DNA of 64,000 nucleotides from Dehalococcoidia bacterium (GTDB lineage: Bacteria > Chloroflexota > Dehalococcoidia > UBA2979). Positions 17,629-26,847 of the stretch are shown piece by piece (position 1 is the stretch's first letter; each line of letters starts with the position of its first letter). The DNA lies in assembly GCA_023228825.1 (NCBI GenBank), contig JALOAL010000003.1:198958-262957 (forward strand). Reading direction: 5' to 3'. Position numbers and translations under genes: made by a program. The notes under the pieces are model-generated. The model had not been told where the DNA came from, made no database searches, and saw nothing but the letters and a program-made list of their open reading frames with translations.

Positions 17629-20133
17629 CTAGACGATGATCGGCGGCTCCGGCGGTGGGCTGGGCGGGATGCCCGGCGGCGTGGGGTACGGCCCGCGCTG
17701 CGGCATGGGCACGTGGCCCTCCGTGGAAGGCGAGAACGCGCCGCGCTGGAGTTGCGAGGCCCACCCGGCCAGGCGGTCCTCCACCAGGCGGTAGACCGTG
17801 CCCTCCGGGTAGCGCCCTTCAGCGTCACGCTCCCGGCCCGCCGGCACGCCAGTGAGCACCTCGATGCCCTCCTCGATGGTGTCGACGGCCCAGATGTGGA
17901 ACTTGCCCTCCGCCACCGCCTCCGCAACGCGCTGGGAGAGGACCACGTTCTCGATGTTCGTGCGCGGAATCATCACCCCCTGGTCGCCCGTCAGGCCGCG
18001 CAGGCGACAGACCTCGAAGAAGCCCTCGATCTTCGCGGTCGCCCCGCCGATGGGCTGGACGCGCCCCATCTGGTCCACGGAACCGGTCACCGCGATGCGC
18101 TGGTCCACGGGGATGTCCGCCAGCGATGAGAGCAGCGCGTACAACTCCGTGGAAGAGGCGGAGTCGCCGTCAATATCGCCGTACAACTGCTCGAACGTGA
18201 GGCTGGCGTGGAAGAGCGAGGCCTTGTCCTGGCCGAAGGTGTGGGCCAGGAATCCGCGCAGGATCAGGAAGCCCTTGTTGTGGATGCGCCCCGCCATCTC
18301 GCTTTCGCGCTCCACCATGACGATGCTGCCTCGGCCGGGCGAGGTCACGCAGGTCACGCGCGAGGGCCGTCCGAAGGCGATGTCGCCCAGGTCGTAGACG
18401 GAGAGCGCGTTGATCTGGCCCACGCGCTCGCCGGCCGTCTCCACGTGGATCGTGCCGTCGTCCATGGCCTCCAGCAGGCGCTCGGCCACCAGCGACGAGC
18501 GGTAGACGCGCTCGTCCAGGGCGCGGAGCACGTGGCGCTCGTGGACCATGTCCTGGGCGTCCTGTCGTGCCCAGTAGTCCGCCTGGCGTACCGCGTCCAC
18601 GAAGCCGGCCATGTTCGCCGACAACCGGTGCTGATCCTCCACCATGCGGGAGGAGAACTCCACCAGGCGGCAGATGGCGGCGCGGGTGAACGGCAGCAGG
18701 CCGCCCCGTTCCACCTCCGCGCGGATCACCGAGGCCAGGCCGTTGGCGGTCTCCCGCGTGCGCGCGTAGTCCGTCTCAAAGTCCGCCTTCACCTTGAACA
18801 ACTCCCGGAAGTCCGGGTCATACCGGTAGAGCAGGCTGTAGAGCATGGACTCGCCGATGAGGATCACCTTGAGGTGCAGCGGGATCGGGTCGGGTCGCAG
18901 GCCCGTGGTGGGCACCAGTTGAAAGTTCTCGGAGAGGTTCTCCACCTGCAGCCGGTCAGACAGTAGCGAGCGCTTGAGCGCGTCCAGCGAGGCCGCATTG
19001 TTCAGCAAGTCGCGGAGGCGGATCACCAGGTAGCCGCCATTGGCCCGCGCCAGCGCGCCGGCGCGGATCAGCGTGTGGTCCGTCATGGCCGCGCCAATGG
19101 TGCCCTGGTACTCAACGCGGCCCACCAGGTTGTAGTAGGTGGGGTTGGTCTCAAAGATGACGGGGGCGCCCCCGTCCGGCTGGTTCGCTACGAAGACGTT
19201 GACCTCGTAGATACGGGTGGGGTCCGGGCGCGGGATGGGGAGGCCGGGCACCGCCGGCTGTTCGGCCTGCCGGAACTGGTTGCGATTCTCCGCCAGGTGG
19301 TTGCGCGCGGCCTCCAGGAACTTCTGGATCTCCGGGTCGTCCTGGTGACGCCCCAGCAGGGCCTCGAACAGGTGGCCCACCGCGTATCGAGCCGTCTCGT
19401 CGTCCAGTTGCTCGGCGGCGTCCTGCGCTTCCCGCTCGCGGGCGCGGAGCACGAGCATCGCTTCCTGCAATTCCTTCTCCAGCGTGCGCCGGTTGGCCGC
19501 GATCTGCTCGCGTTCCTCCTCACTCAGCGCGTTGAAACGCTCCTCCGTGGCCGGCTCGCCCTCGATGAGGGGGGCCGAGGCGATCCCCTGGGGGCCGAAC
19601 TGCAGCGCGAAGTTGAGTTCGGCGGCTCGGGCCTGCAGGGCAGAGATCTGTTCGCTGCGCTGCTGCTCCAGCCGGTCCACCAGTTGCTGGCGCATGCGCG
19701 CGTAGGAGTCTGACTCAAACGCGGACGCCATCTCACGCGCGGCGGACTCCACCGCCTGGCGCACGGCCGCCGCGAACTGGTGCGCGGTGCCCGCGGGCAT
19801 GGAGATGGCGGCGGGGTGGTCCGGATCCTCGAAGTCGTGGACGTAGATCCAGTCCTGCGCGGGCGGGGAGGCGGCGGCACGGCGGCGCAGGAAGGTGTCC
19901 ACCACCGTGGACTTGCCGAAGCCGTCCGGCCCCGCCGCGTACAGGTTGTATCCGCGCGAGGCCATCCCCAGGGCAAACTCGATGGCTCGGACGGCGCGCT
20001 CCTGGCCGAAGACGGCCTCCAGCAGCGGCACGTCCTCCGTGGTCTCGAATTCAAGCCAACCGTCCTCGACGGTGGCGGTCACCTGGTCGACGGTGAGCCG
20101 CCGCTCGTCCCGAAGTCTGGTGGCCTCAACCAT
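17629..20133 (-). CDS. LonC-type Lon-like protease (AAA+ module with coiled-coil insertion plus S16 protease domain)
   Basis: Walker A GPDGFGKST, a long coiled-coil insertion (about residues 150-300) and a C-terminal Lon protease domain (DGDSASS catalytic Ser region, ATAKIEG Lys). 834 aa. Confidence 0.85.
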   Translation of the reverse strand: MVEATRLRDERRLTVDQVTATVEDGWLEFETTEDVPLLEAVFGQERAVRAIEFALGMASRGYNLYAAGPDGFGKSTVVDTFLRRRAAASPPAQDWIYVHDFEDPDHPAAISMPAGTAHQFAAAVRQAVESAAREMASAFESDSYARMRQQLVDRLEQQRSEQISALQARAAELNFALQFGPQGIASAPLIEGEPATEERFNALSEEEREQIAANRRTLEKELQEAMLVLRAREREAQDAAEQLDDETARYAVGHLFEALLGRHQDDPEIQKFLEAARNHLAENRNQFRQAEQPAVPGLPIPRPDPTRIYEVNVFVANQPDGGAPVIFETNPTYYNLVGRVEYQGTIGAAMTDHTLIRAGALARANGGYLVIRLRDLLNNAASLDALKRSLLSDRLQVENLSENFQLVPTTGLRPDPIPLHLKVILIGESMLYSLLYRYDPDFRELFKVKADFETDYARTRETANGLASVIRAEVERGGLLPFTRAAICRLVEFSSRMVEDQHRLSANMAGFVDAVRQADYWARQDAQDMVHERHVLRALDERVYRSSLVAERLLEAMDDGTIHVETAGERVGQINALSVYDLGDIAFGRPSRVTCVTSPGRGSIVMVERESEMAGRIHNKGFLILRGFLAHTFGQDKASLFHASLTFEQLYGDIDGDSASSTELYALLSSLADIPVDQRIAVTGSVDQMGRVQPIGGATAKIEGFFEVCRLRGLTGDQGVMIPRTNIENVVLSQRVAEAVAEGKFHIWAVDTIEEGIEVLTGVPAGRERDAEGRYPEGTVYRLVEDRLAGWASQLQRGAFSPSTEGHVPMPQRGPYPTPPGIPPSPPPEPPIIV

Positions 20134-20342
20134 CGAACACGCCCCTTCGGCAGCCTTGCGTGCGGGCCGCGCGGCGTGACGGCACGCCGAGCCCTGGGCC
20201 GATGCTAACAGCCAGAATCCGCAGCCTCATCGTTGCCGTGATCGTCGCTGGCCCTCCGACGCGAGGCCGGTCACCCAGCGGCGGGCCTCCCGTATAGTCG
20301 TGACCGTATCCCCTCGTCACTGTCGGACTGGTCGGAGGACCC

Positions 20343-21332
20343 ATGCGTGCTGCCGTCATCACCGAGCCCGGAGGCCCCGAGGTCTTCCAGGTCCAGGAGG
20401 TCCCGGACCCCACGCCCGGCCCGGACGAGGTGCTGGTGGCGGTGAAGGCCAGCGCCCTGAACCGCGCCGACCTCATGCAGCGTCGAGGCCGCTACAACGG
20501 CCCGCCCGGCACCCGCAACGACATCCCCGGCCTGGAGATGGCCGGTGTGGTGGAGTCCGTGGGCGAGCGCGTGGTGCAGTGGCGCCCGGGCGACCGCGTG
20601 ATGGCCCTGCTGGGCGGCATGGGGTACGCCTCGAAGGTGGCGGTGCACGAGCGCATGCTCATGCCCGTGCCCCCGAACCTGTCGTTCGAGGAGGCCGCCA
20701 GCATCCCGGAGACGTTCCTGACGGCGTACGACGCCCTGTTCCTCCAGTGCGGGCTCTCCATGGGCGAGTCCGTGCTGATCCACGCGGCCGGCTCCGGCGT
20801 GGGCACCGCGGGCATCCAGATGGCCGCCGCGCAGGGCTGCCGCATCTTCGGTACCGCCGGGTCGCAGGAGAAGTTGGACGGCGCAGTCGAACTGGGCATG
20901 GACATCGGCATCAACTACCGGGAGCAGGACTTCGCGGAGGTGGTGCAGGAGCAGACCGGCGGCGGCGGCGTGGACGTGATCCTGGACGTCATCGGCGCGC
21001 CCTACTGGGACCAGAACATCGCCTCGCTGGCCGTGAAGGGCCGCATGGTGATCGTGGGCAGCATGGGCGGCGGTACGGTGGAGAAGATGGCCATCGGCGG
21101 CCTCATGCAGAAGCGCGCCACCGTGCGCGGCACCTTGCTGCGCGCCCGTCCGCTGGAGGAGAAGGCCACGCTGGTGCAGTCCTTCGTGCACCAGGTGCTC
21201 CCGTTCTTCGCCGACGAGACGGTGCGCCCGGTGGTGGACCGCGTCTTCCCGCTGGAGCAGACCAGCGAGGCCCACGCACTCATGGAGTCCAACGCCAACT
21301 TCGGCAAGATCGTCCTCAAGATCGACGATTAG
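20343..21332 (+). CDS. NADPH:quinone oxidoreductase (MDR/zinc-ADH superfamily, zeta-crystallin-like)
   Basis: MRAAVITEPGGPEVFQVQEVPDPTPGPDEVLVAVKASALNRADLMQRRGRY and GAAGSGVGTAGIQ nucleotide-binding motif. Confidence 0.85.
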   Translation: MRAAVITEPGGPEVFQVQEVPDPTPGPDEVLVAVKASALNRADLMQRRGRYNGPPGTRNDIPGLEMAGVVESVGERVVQWRPGDRVMALLGGMGYASKVAVHERMLMPVPPNLSFEEAASIPETFLTAYDALFLQCGLSMGESVLIHAAGSGVGTAGIQMAAAQGCRIFGTAGSQEKLDGAVELGMDIGINYREQDFAEVVQEQTGGGGVDVILDVIGAPYWDQNIASLAVKGRMVIVGSMGGGTVEKMAIGGLMQKRATVRGTLLRARPLEEKATLVQSFVHQVLPFFADETVRPVVDRVFPLEQTSEAHALMESNANFGKIVLKIDD

Positions 21333-21334
21333 CC

Positions 21335-22432
21335 ATGCCGGGAACGAGCGGCGCCGGACTGACCGAGGCGGGGCGCGCGCGCATCGAGTCCGTCGCCCGC
21401 GACCACCTTGGACGAGGGTGGCACACCGGGGCGCAGGTGGCGGTCTACCGCCACGGACGCCTCCAGGTGGACCTTGCGCTGGGCGAAGGCACGGGCAAGC
21501 GCATGCTGTGGTTCTCGGCGACCAAGCCGGTGACCGCGGTGGCCGTCCTCATGCTGGCGGAACGCGGCGCGCTCGACCTCGATGCGCCGATCGCGGAGGT
21601 GTGGCCGGAGTTCGGGCACGGCGGCAAAGAACGCTGCACCACACGGCACGTCCTCATGCACCAGGGCGGCTTCCCTGTCTTCCCGCCGCACTTCGACTGG
21701 GCGCGCATGGACGACTGGGAGGCCGTGGCCACCGCGACGGCGGCGCTCCCCGCGCAGTGGGAGCCCGGCACGGACACCGGCTACCACCCCGTCACCTACG
21801 GCTTCGCACTGGGCGAGGTCATCCGCCGCGTCGACGGCCGCGAGCCTCGCGACTTTCTGCGCGACGAGATCTTCGAGCCGCTCGGCATGGCGGCGTCCCT
21901 CGGCACCCGTGACATCGAGGACGACCTGAACGCCGTCTGCCTCCCCCTTGCCATGAGCGAGGTCACCATGGCCGACCCGGAGGGCGCCGAGGCGCGCACG
22001 AGCGACATCGTGCGCCGCTTCACGCTGTCCTCCACGCTGCGAGGCCAACTCCCCGCCGCCAACGGCATCGGCACCGCGGAAGCCCTCGCGCGGTTCTACG
22101 CGGCGATGGTGAACGGCGGCGAACGGGAGTACGTGCGGCTACTGTCGCCGGAGATGGTGGCGCTGGCTACCAGCGTGCAGGTGGAGACGGACTTCGACCG
22201 AACGAGCAACCTCCCCGCCTCATACGGCCTTGGCTTTGCGGTCGGCGGCATCTGGCCGCCCTTCGATGTGCCTCGGGTCTTCGGCCACGGCGGCCAGCAG
22301 TGCGCGATCTCCTGGGGGGACCCGGACACCGGCATCGCCGCCGCCTACCTGACGAACGGCCTGCACGACCCATACGTGGTGCAGGTGCGCACGGAGGAGA
22401 TGTTCCACGCCATCCGCGAGGCGTGCGCGTAG
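21335..22432 (+). CDS. serine hydrolase (beta-lactamase/class-C transpeptidase-like family)
   Basis: SATKP (SxxK) active-site motif. 365 aa. Begins 3 bp after the qor stop. The track merges it into a 710-aa ORF in a different frame (see rejected). Confidence 0.75.
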   Translation: MPGTSGAGLTEAGRARIESVARDHLGRGWHTGAQVAVYRHGRLQVDLALGEGTGKRMLWFSATKPVTAVAVLMLAERGALDLDAPIAEVWPEFGHGGKERCTTRHVLMHQGGFPVFPPHFDWARMDDWEAVATATAALPAQWEPGTDTGYHPVTYGFALGEVIRRVDGREPRDFLRDEIFEPLGMAASLGTRDIEDDLNAVCLPLAMSEVTMADPEGAEARTSDIVRRFTLSSTLRGQLPAANGIGTAEALARFYAAMVNGGEREYVRLLSPEMVALATSVQVETDFDRTSNLPASYGLGFAVGGIWPPFDVPRVFGHGGQQCAISWGDPDTGIAAAYLTNGLHDPYVVQVRTEEMFHAIREACA

Positions 22433-22455
22433 GCGCCGTCCGATGCGCCTCGTCC

Positions 22456-23283
22456 CTACCGGTCCAGCCCCAGCCGGCGCACGAGGGCGAGGCAGTCCTC
22501 CGGGCTCCCAGCCACGTAGGGCGGGACGGAGATCTCCTGCGGGCTGAGGGGAAGCGGGTCGCCGTTCACCATCAGCAGCGTGCCGCCCACGCCCATCAGG
22601 ATGCCTGCCCCCCCGGCCACGTCCCAGATCGAGCGGGGGCCGGTGGAGAAGTAGACGTCCGCATCCTGCGTGGCCGCGTGCACGAGTTTCAGCACGGCCG
22701 AGCCCAGCGGGTACGCCTGGTAGGGGAGGTGGTACTGGATGCGGCGCTGCTCGTAGTCCCAGCGGGAGACCACCACGCGCTCCACGTGGCCGTCGTTCGG
22801 CAGTTGCGGCAGGTTCACACCGTCGCGGCTGGCCTCGCGGCGGTCGCCGTGCACCAGGCTGGAGTAGACCTCGCCCTGGACCGGCAGGCCCACCCCGCCC
22901 AGCACCAACTCGTCCCCCAGGAAGAGGCCCACCGAGACGCCGAACTCCGGCAGCCCTCGCAAGAACTCGCGCGTGCCGTCCAGCGGGTCCACCACCCACG
23001 TGGGTTCGTTCGCCAGCAGCGGCTTGTCCGCGTCTGACTCCTCCGACAGCCAGTGCGCGCCGGGGATGAGCGGCAGCAGGCGCCGGCGCAACACGTCGTC
23101 CGAGGCGTAGTCCGCCTCCGTGACCGGCCCCTCGCCGGGCTTGTGGCCCACGCGCACCGTCCGCTGCCGCAGCACCGCGCGGATCGCCTCGCACGCCTCC
23201 TCCACCGCTTCCTCCAGGCCGGCCCGCACCGCGTCGAGGTTGATGGCGCGGGAGCCGGCGCCGGAGGACGAACGGTCACTCAC
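22456..23283 (-). CDS. inositol monophosphatase family protein (SuhB/CysQ-like)
   Basis: WVVDPLDGTREF and EESD metal-binding motifs. Proposed GTG start overlaps the upstream SDR stop in a GTGA arrangement. The 458-aa track ORF N-terminus is out-of-frame overlap with the SDR gene. Confidence 0.75.
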   Translation of the reverse strand: MSDRSSSGAGSRAINLDAVRAGLEEAVEEACEAIRAVLRQRTVRVGHKPGEGPVTEADYASDDVLRRRLLPLIPGAHWLSEESDADKPLLANEPTWVVDPLDGTREFLRGLPEFGVSVGLFLGDELVLGGVGLPVQGEVYSSLVHGDRREASRDGVNLPQLPNDGHVERVVVSRWDYEQRRIQYHLPYQAYPLGSAVLKLVHAATQDADVYFSTGPRSIWDVAGGAGILMGVGGTLLMVNGDPLPLSPQEISVPPYVAGSPEDCLALVRRLGLDR

Positions 23284-24038
23284 AGGCTGGAGCCGCCATC
23301 CACGATCACGGTCTGGCCGGTGACGAAGGTGTTGAGTTGGATGAACGCCAGGATGGCGTCCGCGCACGTCTCCGGCGTGGCCACGGCCTTCAGCGGGGTG
23401 CGTTCGGCGGCGGCTTCCTTGGCTCGGTCGTAGCGTTCGCCCAGGCCGCCCTGCAGCCAGCGCGTGTCGATGAAGCCAGGGGCGATGCAGTTCACCCGGA
23501 TCTCCGGACCCAGCACGCGCGCGGTGGACTTCGTCATGTTGATGATCGCGGCCTTGGAGGCGGCGTACGGGATCGAGGACCCCACCCCGCGCACCCCGGC
23601 GATCGAGGCGACGTTCACGATCGCGCCCTCGCCGGCCCGCTGCATGTGCGGCGCCGCGGCTCGAGTGCAGTTGAAGGTGCCCTTCACGTTCACGCCGAAG
23701 GTGTCCTCCCAGACCTCGTCCGTCACCAGGTCGAAGCGTTCGTGGGGGATGAAGTGGGTCATGCCGGCGTTGTTCACCAGGATGTGGAGCGCGCCGTACG
23801 TGTCCACGGCGCTCTCCACCAGGGCGCGGCACTCCTCGTCATTGCGCACGTCCGCCTGAAAGGCGTGCGCCGTGCCGCCGGCGGCGCGAATCGCCTCCAC
23901 CACCTCGTTGGCGTCGCCCTCGGAGTGGGCGTAGTTCACCACGACCTTCGCGCCGAGGCTGGCGAGCAGTTCCGCCGTGGCCCGACCGACGCCCGCGGAG
24001 GATCCCGTGACCACCGCGACCTTGCCGTTCACATCCAT
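23280..24038 (-). CDS. SDR-family oxidoreductase (FabG-like)
   Basis: TGSSAGVGRA Rossmann motif, NNAG, catalytic YxxxK (YAASKAAI). Confidence 0.85.
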   Translation of the reverse strand: MDVNGKVAVVTGSSAGVGRATAELLASLGAKVVVNYAHSEGDANEVVEAIRAAGGTAHAFQADVRNDEECRALVESAVDTYGALHILVNNAGMTHFIPHERFDLVTDEVWEDTFGVNVKGTFNCTRAAAPHMQRAGEGAIVNVASIAGVRGVGSSIPYAASKAAIINMTKSTARVLGPEIRVNCIAPGFIDTRWLQGGLGERYDRAKEAAAERTPLKAVATPETCADAILAFIQLNTFVTGQTVIVDGGSSL

Positions 24039-24136
24039 ACGCTGCCCCCTCGCCTTCCTCGGTATCGTGCATGCGCCGGCCTCTCCGGGCTGCGCGAGGC
24101 CCCGATGCTACACTCGCGGCCAGAGGACAGGCACCT

Positions 24137-25588
24137 ATGGCGACTGGCTCACCGGGCACGCTCGTCCGCGACCTCCAGGGCGCCCTGGGCGCGGCCCATG
24201 TCCTGCACCTCCCCGAAGACCTCATCGTCTACGAGTACGACGCCACCATCGAGCGTGCGCTGCCGGACGTTGTCGTCTTCCCCGCCACCACGGCGGAGGT
24301 GGCGGCGTGCGTCCGCATCGCCCTGGATCACGACGTACCGGTCGTCCCGCGCGGCTCCGGCACCGGCCTCTCCGGCGGCGCCGTCCCCGTCCGAGGCGGC
24401 GTGCTGGTAGTCCTCACCCGCATGAACCGCATCCTGGAGGTGGACGCCACGGACCGCGTGGCCGTGGTGCAGCCGGGCGTCATCAACCTCGCCCTGCAAG
24501 AGGCGGCGGCGCCGCTGGGCCTCACGTACGCCCCGGATCCGTCCTCGCAGCGTGTCTGCACCATCGGCGGCAACATCGCGAACAACTCCGGCGGGCCGCA
24601 CACGCTCGCGCACGGGTCCACCGTGAACCACGTGCTGGCGCTGGAAGTGGTCCTCCCGGACGCGCGCGTCGTGCGGCTGGGCTCACGTGTGCCAGACGCC
24701 CCCGGCGTGGACCTGCGCGGGCTGCTCGTGGGCTCCGAGGGCACGCTGGGCATCGTCACGGAGGCCACGCTGCGCCTGGTGCGCCAGCAGCCGGCAGTGC
24801 GCACGCTCCTCGCGATCTTCGAGAGCGTGGAGGACGCCAGCAACGCCGTCTCGGAGACCATCCGCCGCGGGGTGATCCCGGTGGCCATGGAGATGCTGGA
24901 CCAGGAGATCATCCGCATCGTGGAACCGCGCATCCGCGCCGGCTACCCGATGGACGCCGGCGCCGCCCTCCTGATCGAGGTCGAAGGTGTGGCGGAGGGG
25001 GTGGCCCTGGACGCGGCGGTGGTGGAGGCGGCCTGTCACGCCGCCGGCGCCCGCGAGGTGCGCTCCGCGGAAGAGGCGTCCGAGCGCGAACGCCTCTGGG
25101 AGGGCCGCAAGGCCGCCATCGGCGCCATCGGTGCGGCGGCGCCGGCGTTCTACCTGCTGGACGGCGTGGTGCCTCGGACGAAGTTGCCGGAGGTGATGGC
25201 GCAGGTGATGGAACTCTCGCGCGCGGCCGGCTTCCGCTGCGCCAACGTCTTCCACGCCGGCGACGGCAACCTGCACCCCAACATCATGTTCGACCCCGCA
25301 GAACCGAGGGCGACCGAGCGCGTGCTGGAACTGGGCGAGGCGATCATGCGCGTCTGCGTGGACGCCGGCGGCGCCATCACCGGCGAGCACGGCGTGGGCC
25401 TGGAGAAGCGCTCCTACATGGAGTGGGTCTTCACCCCGGCCGACCTGGCCGCGCAGCACGCCGTGCGGGACGCCTTCGGCAGCACGGACCGCTTCAACCC
25501 CTGCAAGGTGCTCCCGGGCGGCCACGGCTGCGCCTCCGGCCACATGAAGGAGATCTCCCCCCACCTGGTCGAGGGAGCGTACGTGTGA
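24137..25588 (+). CDS. glcD: glycolate oxidase FAD-linked subunit GlcD
   Basis: FAD-binding PCMH domain (VVPRGSGTGLSGGAVP), C-terminal oxidase domain. First gene of the D-E-F triplet. Confidence 0.8.
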   Translation: MATGSPGTLVRDLQGALGAAHVLHLPEDLIVYEYDATIERALPDVVVFPATTAEVAACVRIALDHDVPVVPRGSGTGLSGGAVPVRGGVLVVLTRMNRILEVDATDRVAVVQPGVINLALQEAAAPLGLTYAPDPSSQRVCTIGGNIANNSGGPHTLAHGSTVNHVLALEVVLPDARVVRLGSRVPDAPGVDLRGLLVGSEGTLGIVTEATLRLVRQQPAVRTLLAIFESVEDASNAVSETIRRGVIPVAMEMLDQEIIRIVEPRIRAGYPMDAGAALLIEVEGVAEGVALDAAVVEAACHAAGAREVRSAEEASERERLWEGRKAAIGAIGAAAPAFYLLDGVVPRTKLPEVMAQVMELSRAAGFRCANVFHAGDGNLHPNIMFDPAEPRATERVLELGEAIMRVCVDAGGAITGEHGVGLEKRSYMEWVFTPADLAAQHAVRDAFGSTDRFNPCKVLPGGHGCASGHMKEISPHLVEGAYV

Positions 25589-26847
25589 CCGCCGGCCCAG
25601 ACCGCCCGGATGCCACCGCGGGGCTCGCCGCGCTGCGTCGCACCCTCCCGGCGGACACCGAGCGCGCCGCCCACGCCTACGCCATCGAGGACCTGGAGCC
25701 GCGCATCGCGTTCGCGCCGGACGACCGCGCCGAGGTGGCCGTGTTGCTGCGCACCGCAGCGGAGCACGCGCTGACGGTGGTGCCGCAGGCTTCCCGCACC
25801 GCCCTCGCACTGGGGGCGCCGCTGGAGGCGTACGACGTGGCGCTGGACCTGCGCGGCCTCCATCGCACCATGGAGTATGTCCCGGACGACCTGACCGTGA
25901 CGGTGGAGGCGGGCAAGCCGCTGCGCGACCTGCAACAAGAACTGGCGGAGCACGGTCAGTACCTCTCTGTGGACCCGCCCCCGGACGACCAGGTGAGCGT
26001 GGGCGGCCTGCTGGCCACCGCGCGCGGCGGCGCCTGGCGCGGCCACCTGCCCTCCGCCCGCGACCTTGTCCTGGGTATCGAGGTGGCGCAGCCGTCCGGC
26101 GCACTGGTGAAGTCGGGCGGGCGCGTGGTGAAGAACGTGACGGGGTACGACTTGCATCGCCTCCACACCGGGGCGCTGGGCGCCTTCGGGGTGATCCTGG
26201 ACGCCACGTTCAAGGTGGCCCCCCTCCCGGTCGCCACCCGCACGCTGGCCGCCGCTGCCACCTCGATCTCCGAGGCCGCCTCGGTCGCCCGTCGCGCCTG
26301 GGACGCGAGCCTGAGCACGCGCGCCATCACCATCCTGGCGCCGGAGCCCGCCGGCCACGTCGGCCTGCCCTCCGCCCCCACCGTCCTTGTGGAACTCGCC
26401 GGCTCCGAGGCGGCCGTGGACCGCTCCACGCGCGACCTGGCCGCCTTCGCCTCGTGGTCGGACGGGCCCGCGCAGGGCTGGGCCTACCTGCGCCGCCTGC
26501 ACGGCGACCAGGCGGGCACCGTCCTGCGCATCGGCGCGCCGCCGTCCTCGATCGCCACGATGCTGGAGGCCGCGCGTGCGGCCGGCGCGCTGGCGTGGGG
26601 GCACCTGGCGGCCGGGTGCGTGATCGCGTACGCGGACGGCATGGAGGCGCACGCCATCACGGCGCTCCGGCAGGCGGCGGAACGCGCCCGCGGCTACCTC
26701 CAGGTGGAGGCGGCGCCAGTACCCATCCGGCGGCAGGTGGCGCCGGGCGGACCGGGAGACCCCGCGCTGGTGGCGGCGCTCCGCGACCAGTTCGACCCAT
26801 CCCGCATCCTGAACCGGGGGCGCTGGCCCGAGGAAGGTCGCCCATGA
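25585..26847 (+). CDS. glcE: glycolate oxidase FAD-binding subunit GlcE
   Basis: FAD-binding-4 like (VKNVTGYDLHRLHTGALGAFGVILDATFKV). GTG start overlapping the glcD stop (GTGA). Confidence 0.75.
   Translation: MTAGPDRPDATAGLAALRRTLPADTERAAHAYAIEDLEPRIAFAPDDRAEVAVLLRTAAEHALTVVPQASRTALALGAPLEAYDVALDLRGLHRTMEYVPDDLTVTVEAGKPLRDLQQELAEHGQYLSVDPPPDDQVSVGGLLATARGGAWRGHLPSARDLVLGIEVAQPSGALVKSGGRVVKNVTGYDLHRLHTGALGAFGVILDATFKVAPLPVATRTLAAAATSISEAASVARRAWDASLSTRAITILAPEPAGHVGLPSAPTVLVELAGSEAAVDRSTRDLAAFASWSDGPAQGWAYLRRLHGDQAGTVLRIGAPPSSIATMLEAARAAGALAWGHLAAGCVIAYADGMEAHAITALRQAAERARGYLQVEAAPVPIRRQVAPGGPGDPALVAALRDQFDPSRILNRGRWPEEGRP

Noticed and set aside
17629-20133. Lon-like protease as BrxL of a BREX defence system
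   Set aside because: No PglZ, BrxC, PglX methyltransferase or other BREX components in the flanking 10 kb. The coiled-coil insertion fits LonC-type housekeeping-like proteases.
20300-22432. 710-aa track ORF spanning the qor and serine-hydrolase region
   Set aside because: Its first 345 residues are an out-of-frame read through qor (Arg/Pro-rich). Only the part from the ATG at 21335 has a serine-hydrolase SxxK signature. Treated as a 365-aa gene.
22456-23832. 458-aa minus-strand ORF and the 956-aa plus-strand ORF 23977..26847
   Set aside because: These are frame read-throughs across neighbouring genes (IMPase plus antisense of SDR; antisense SDR plus glcD-frame junk plus glcE). Split into the individually supported genes with 4-bp overlaps.
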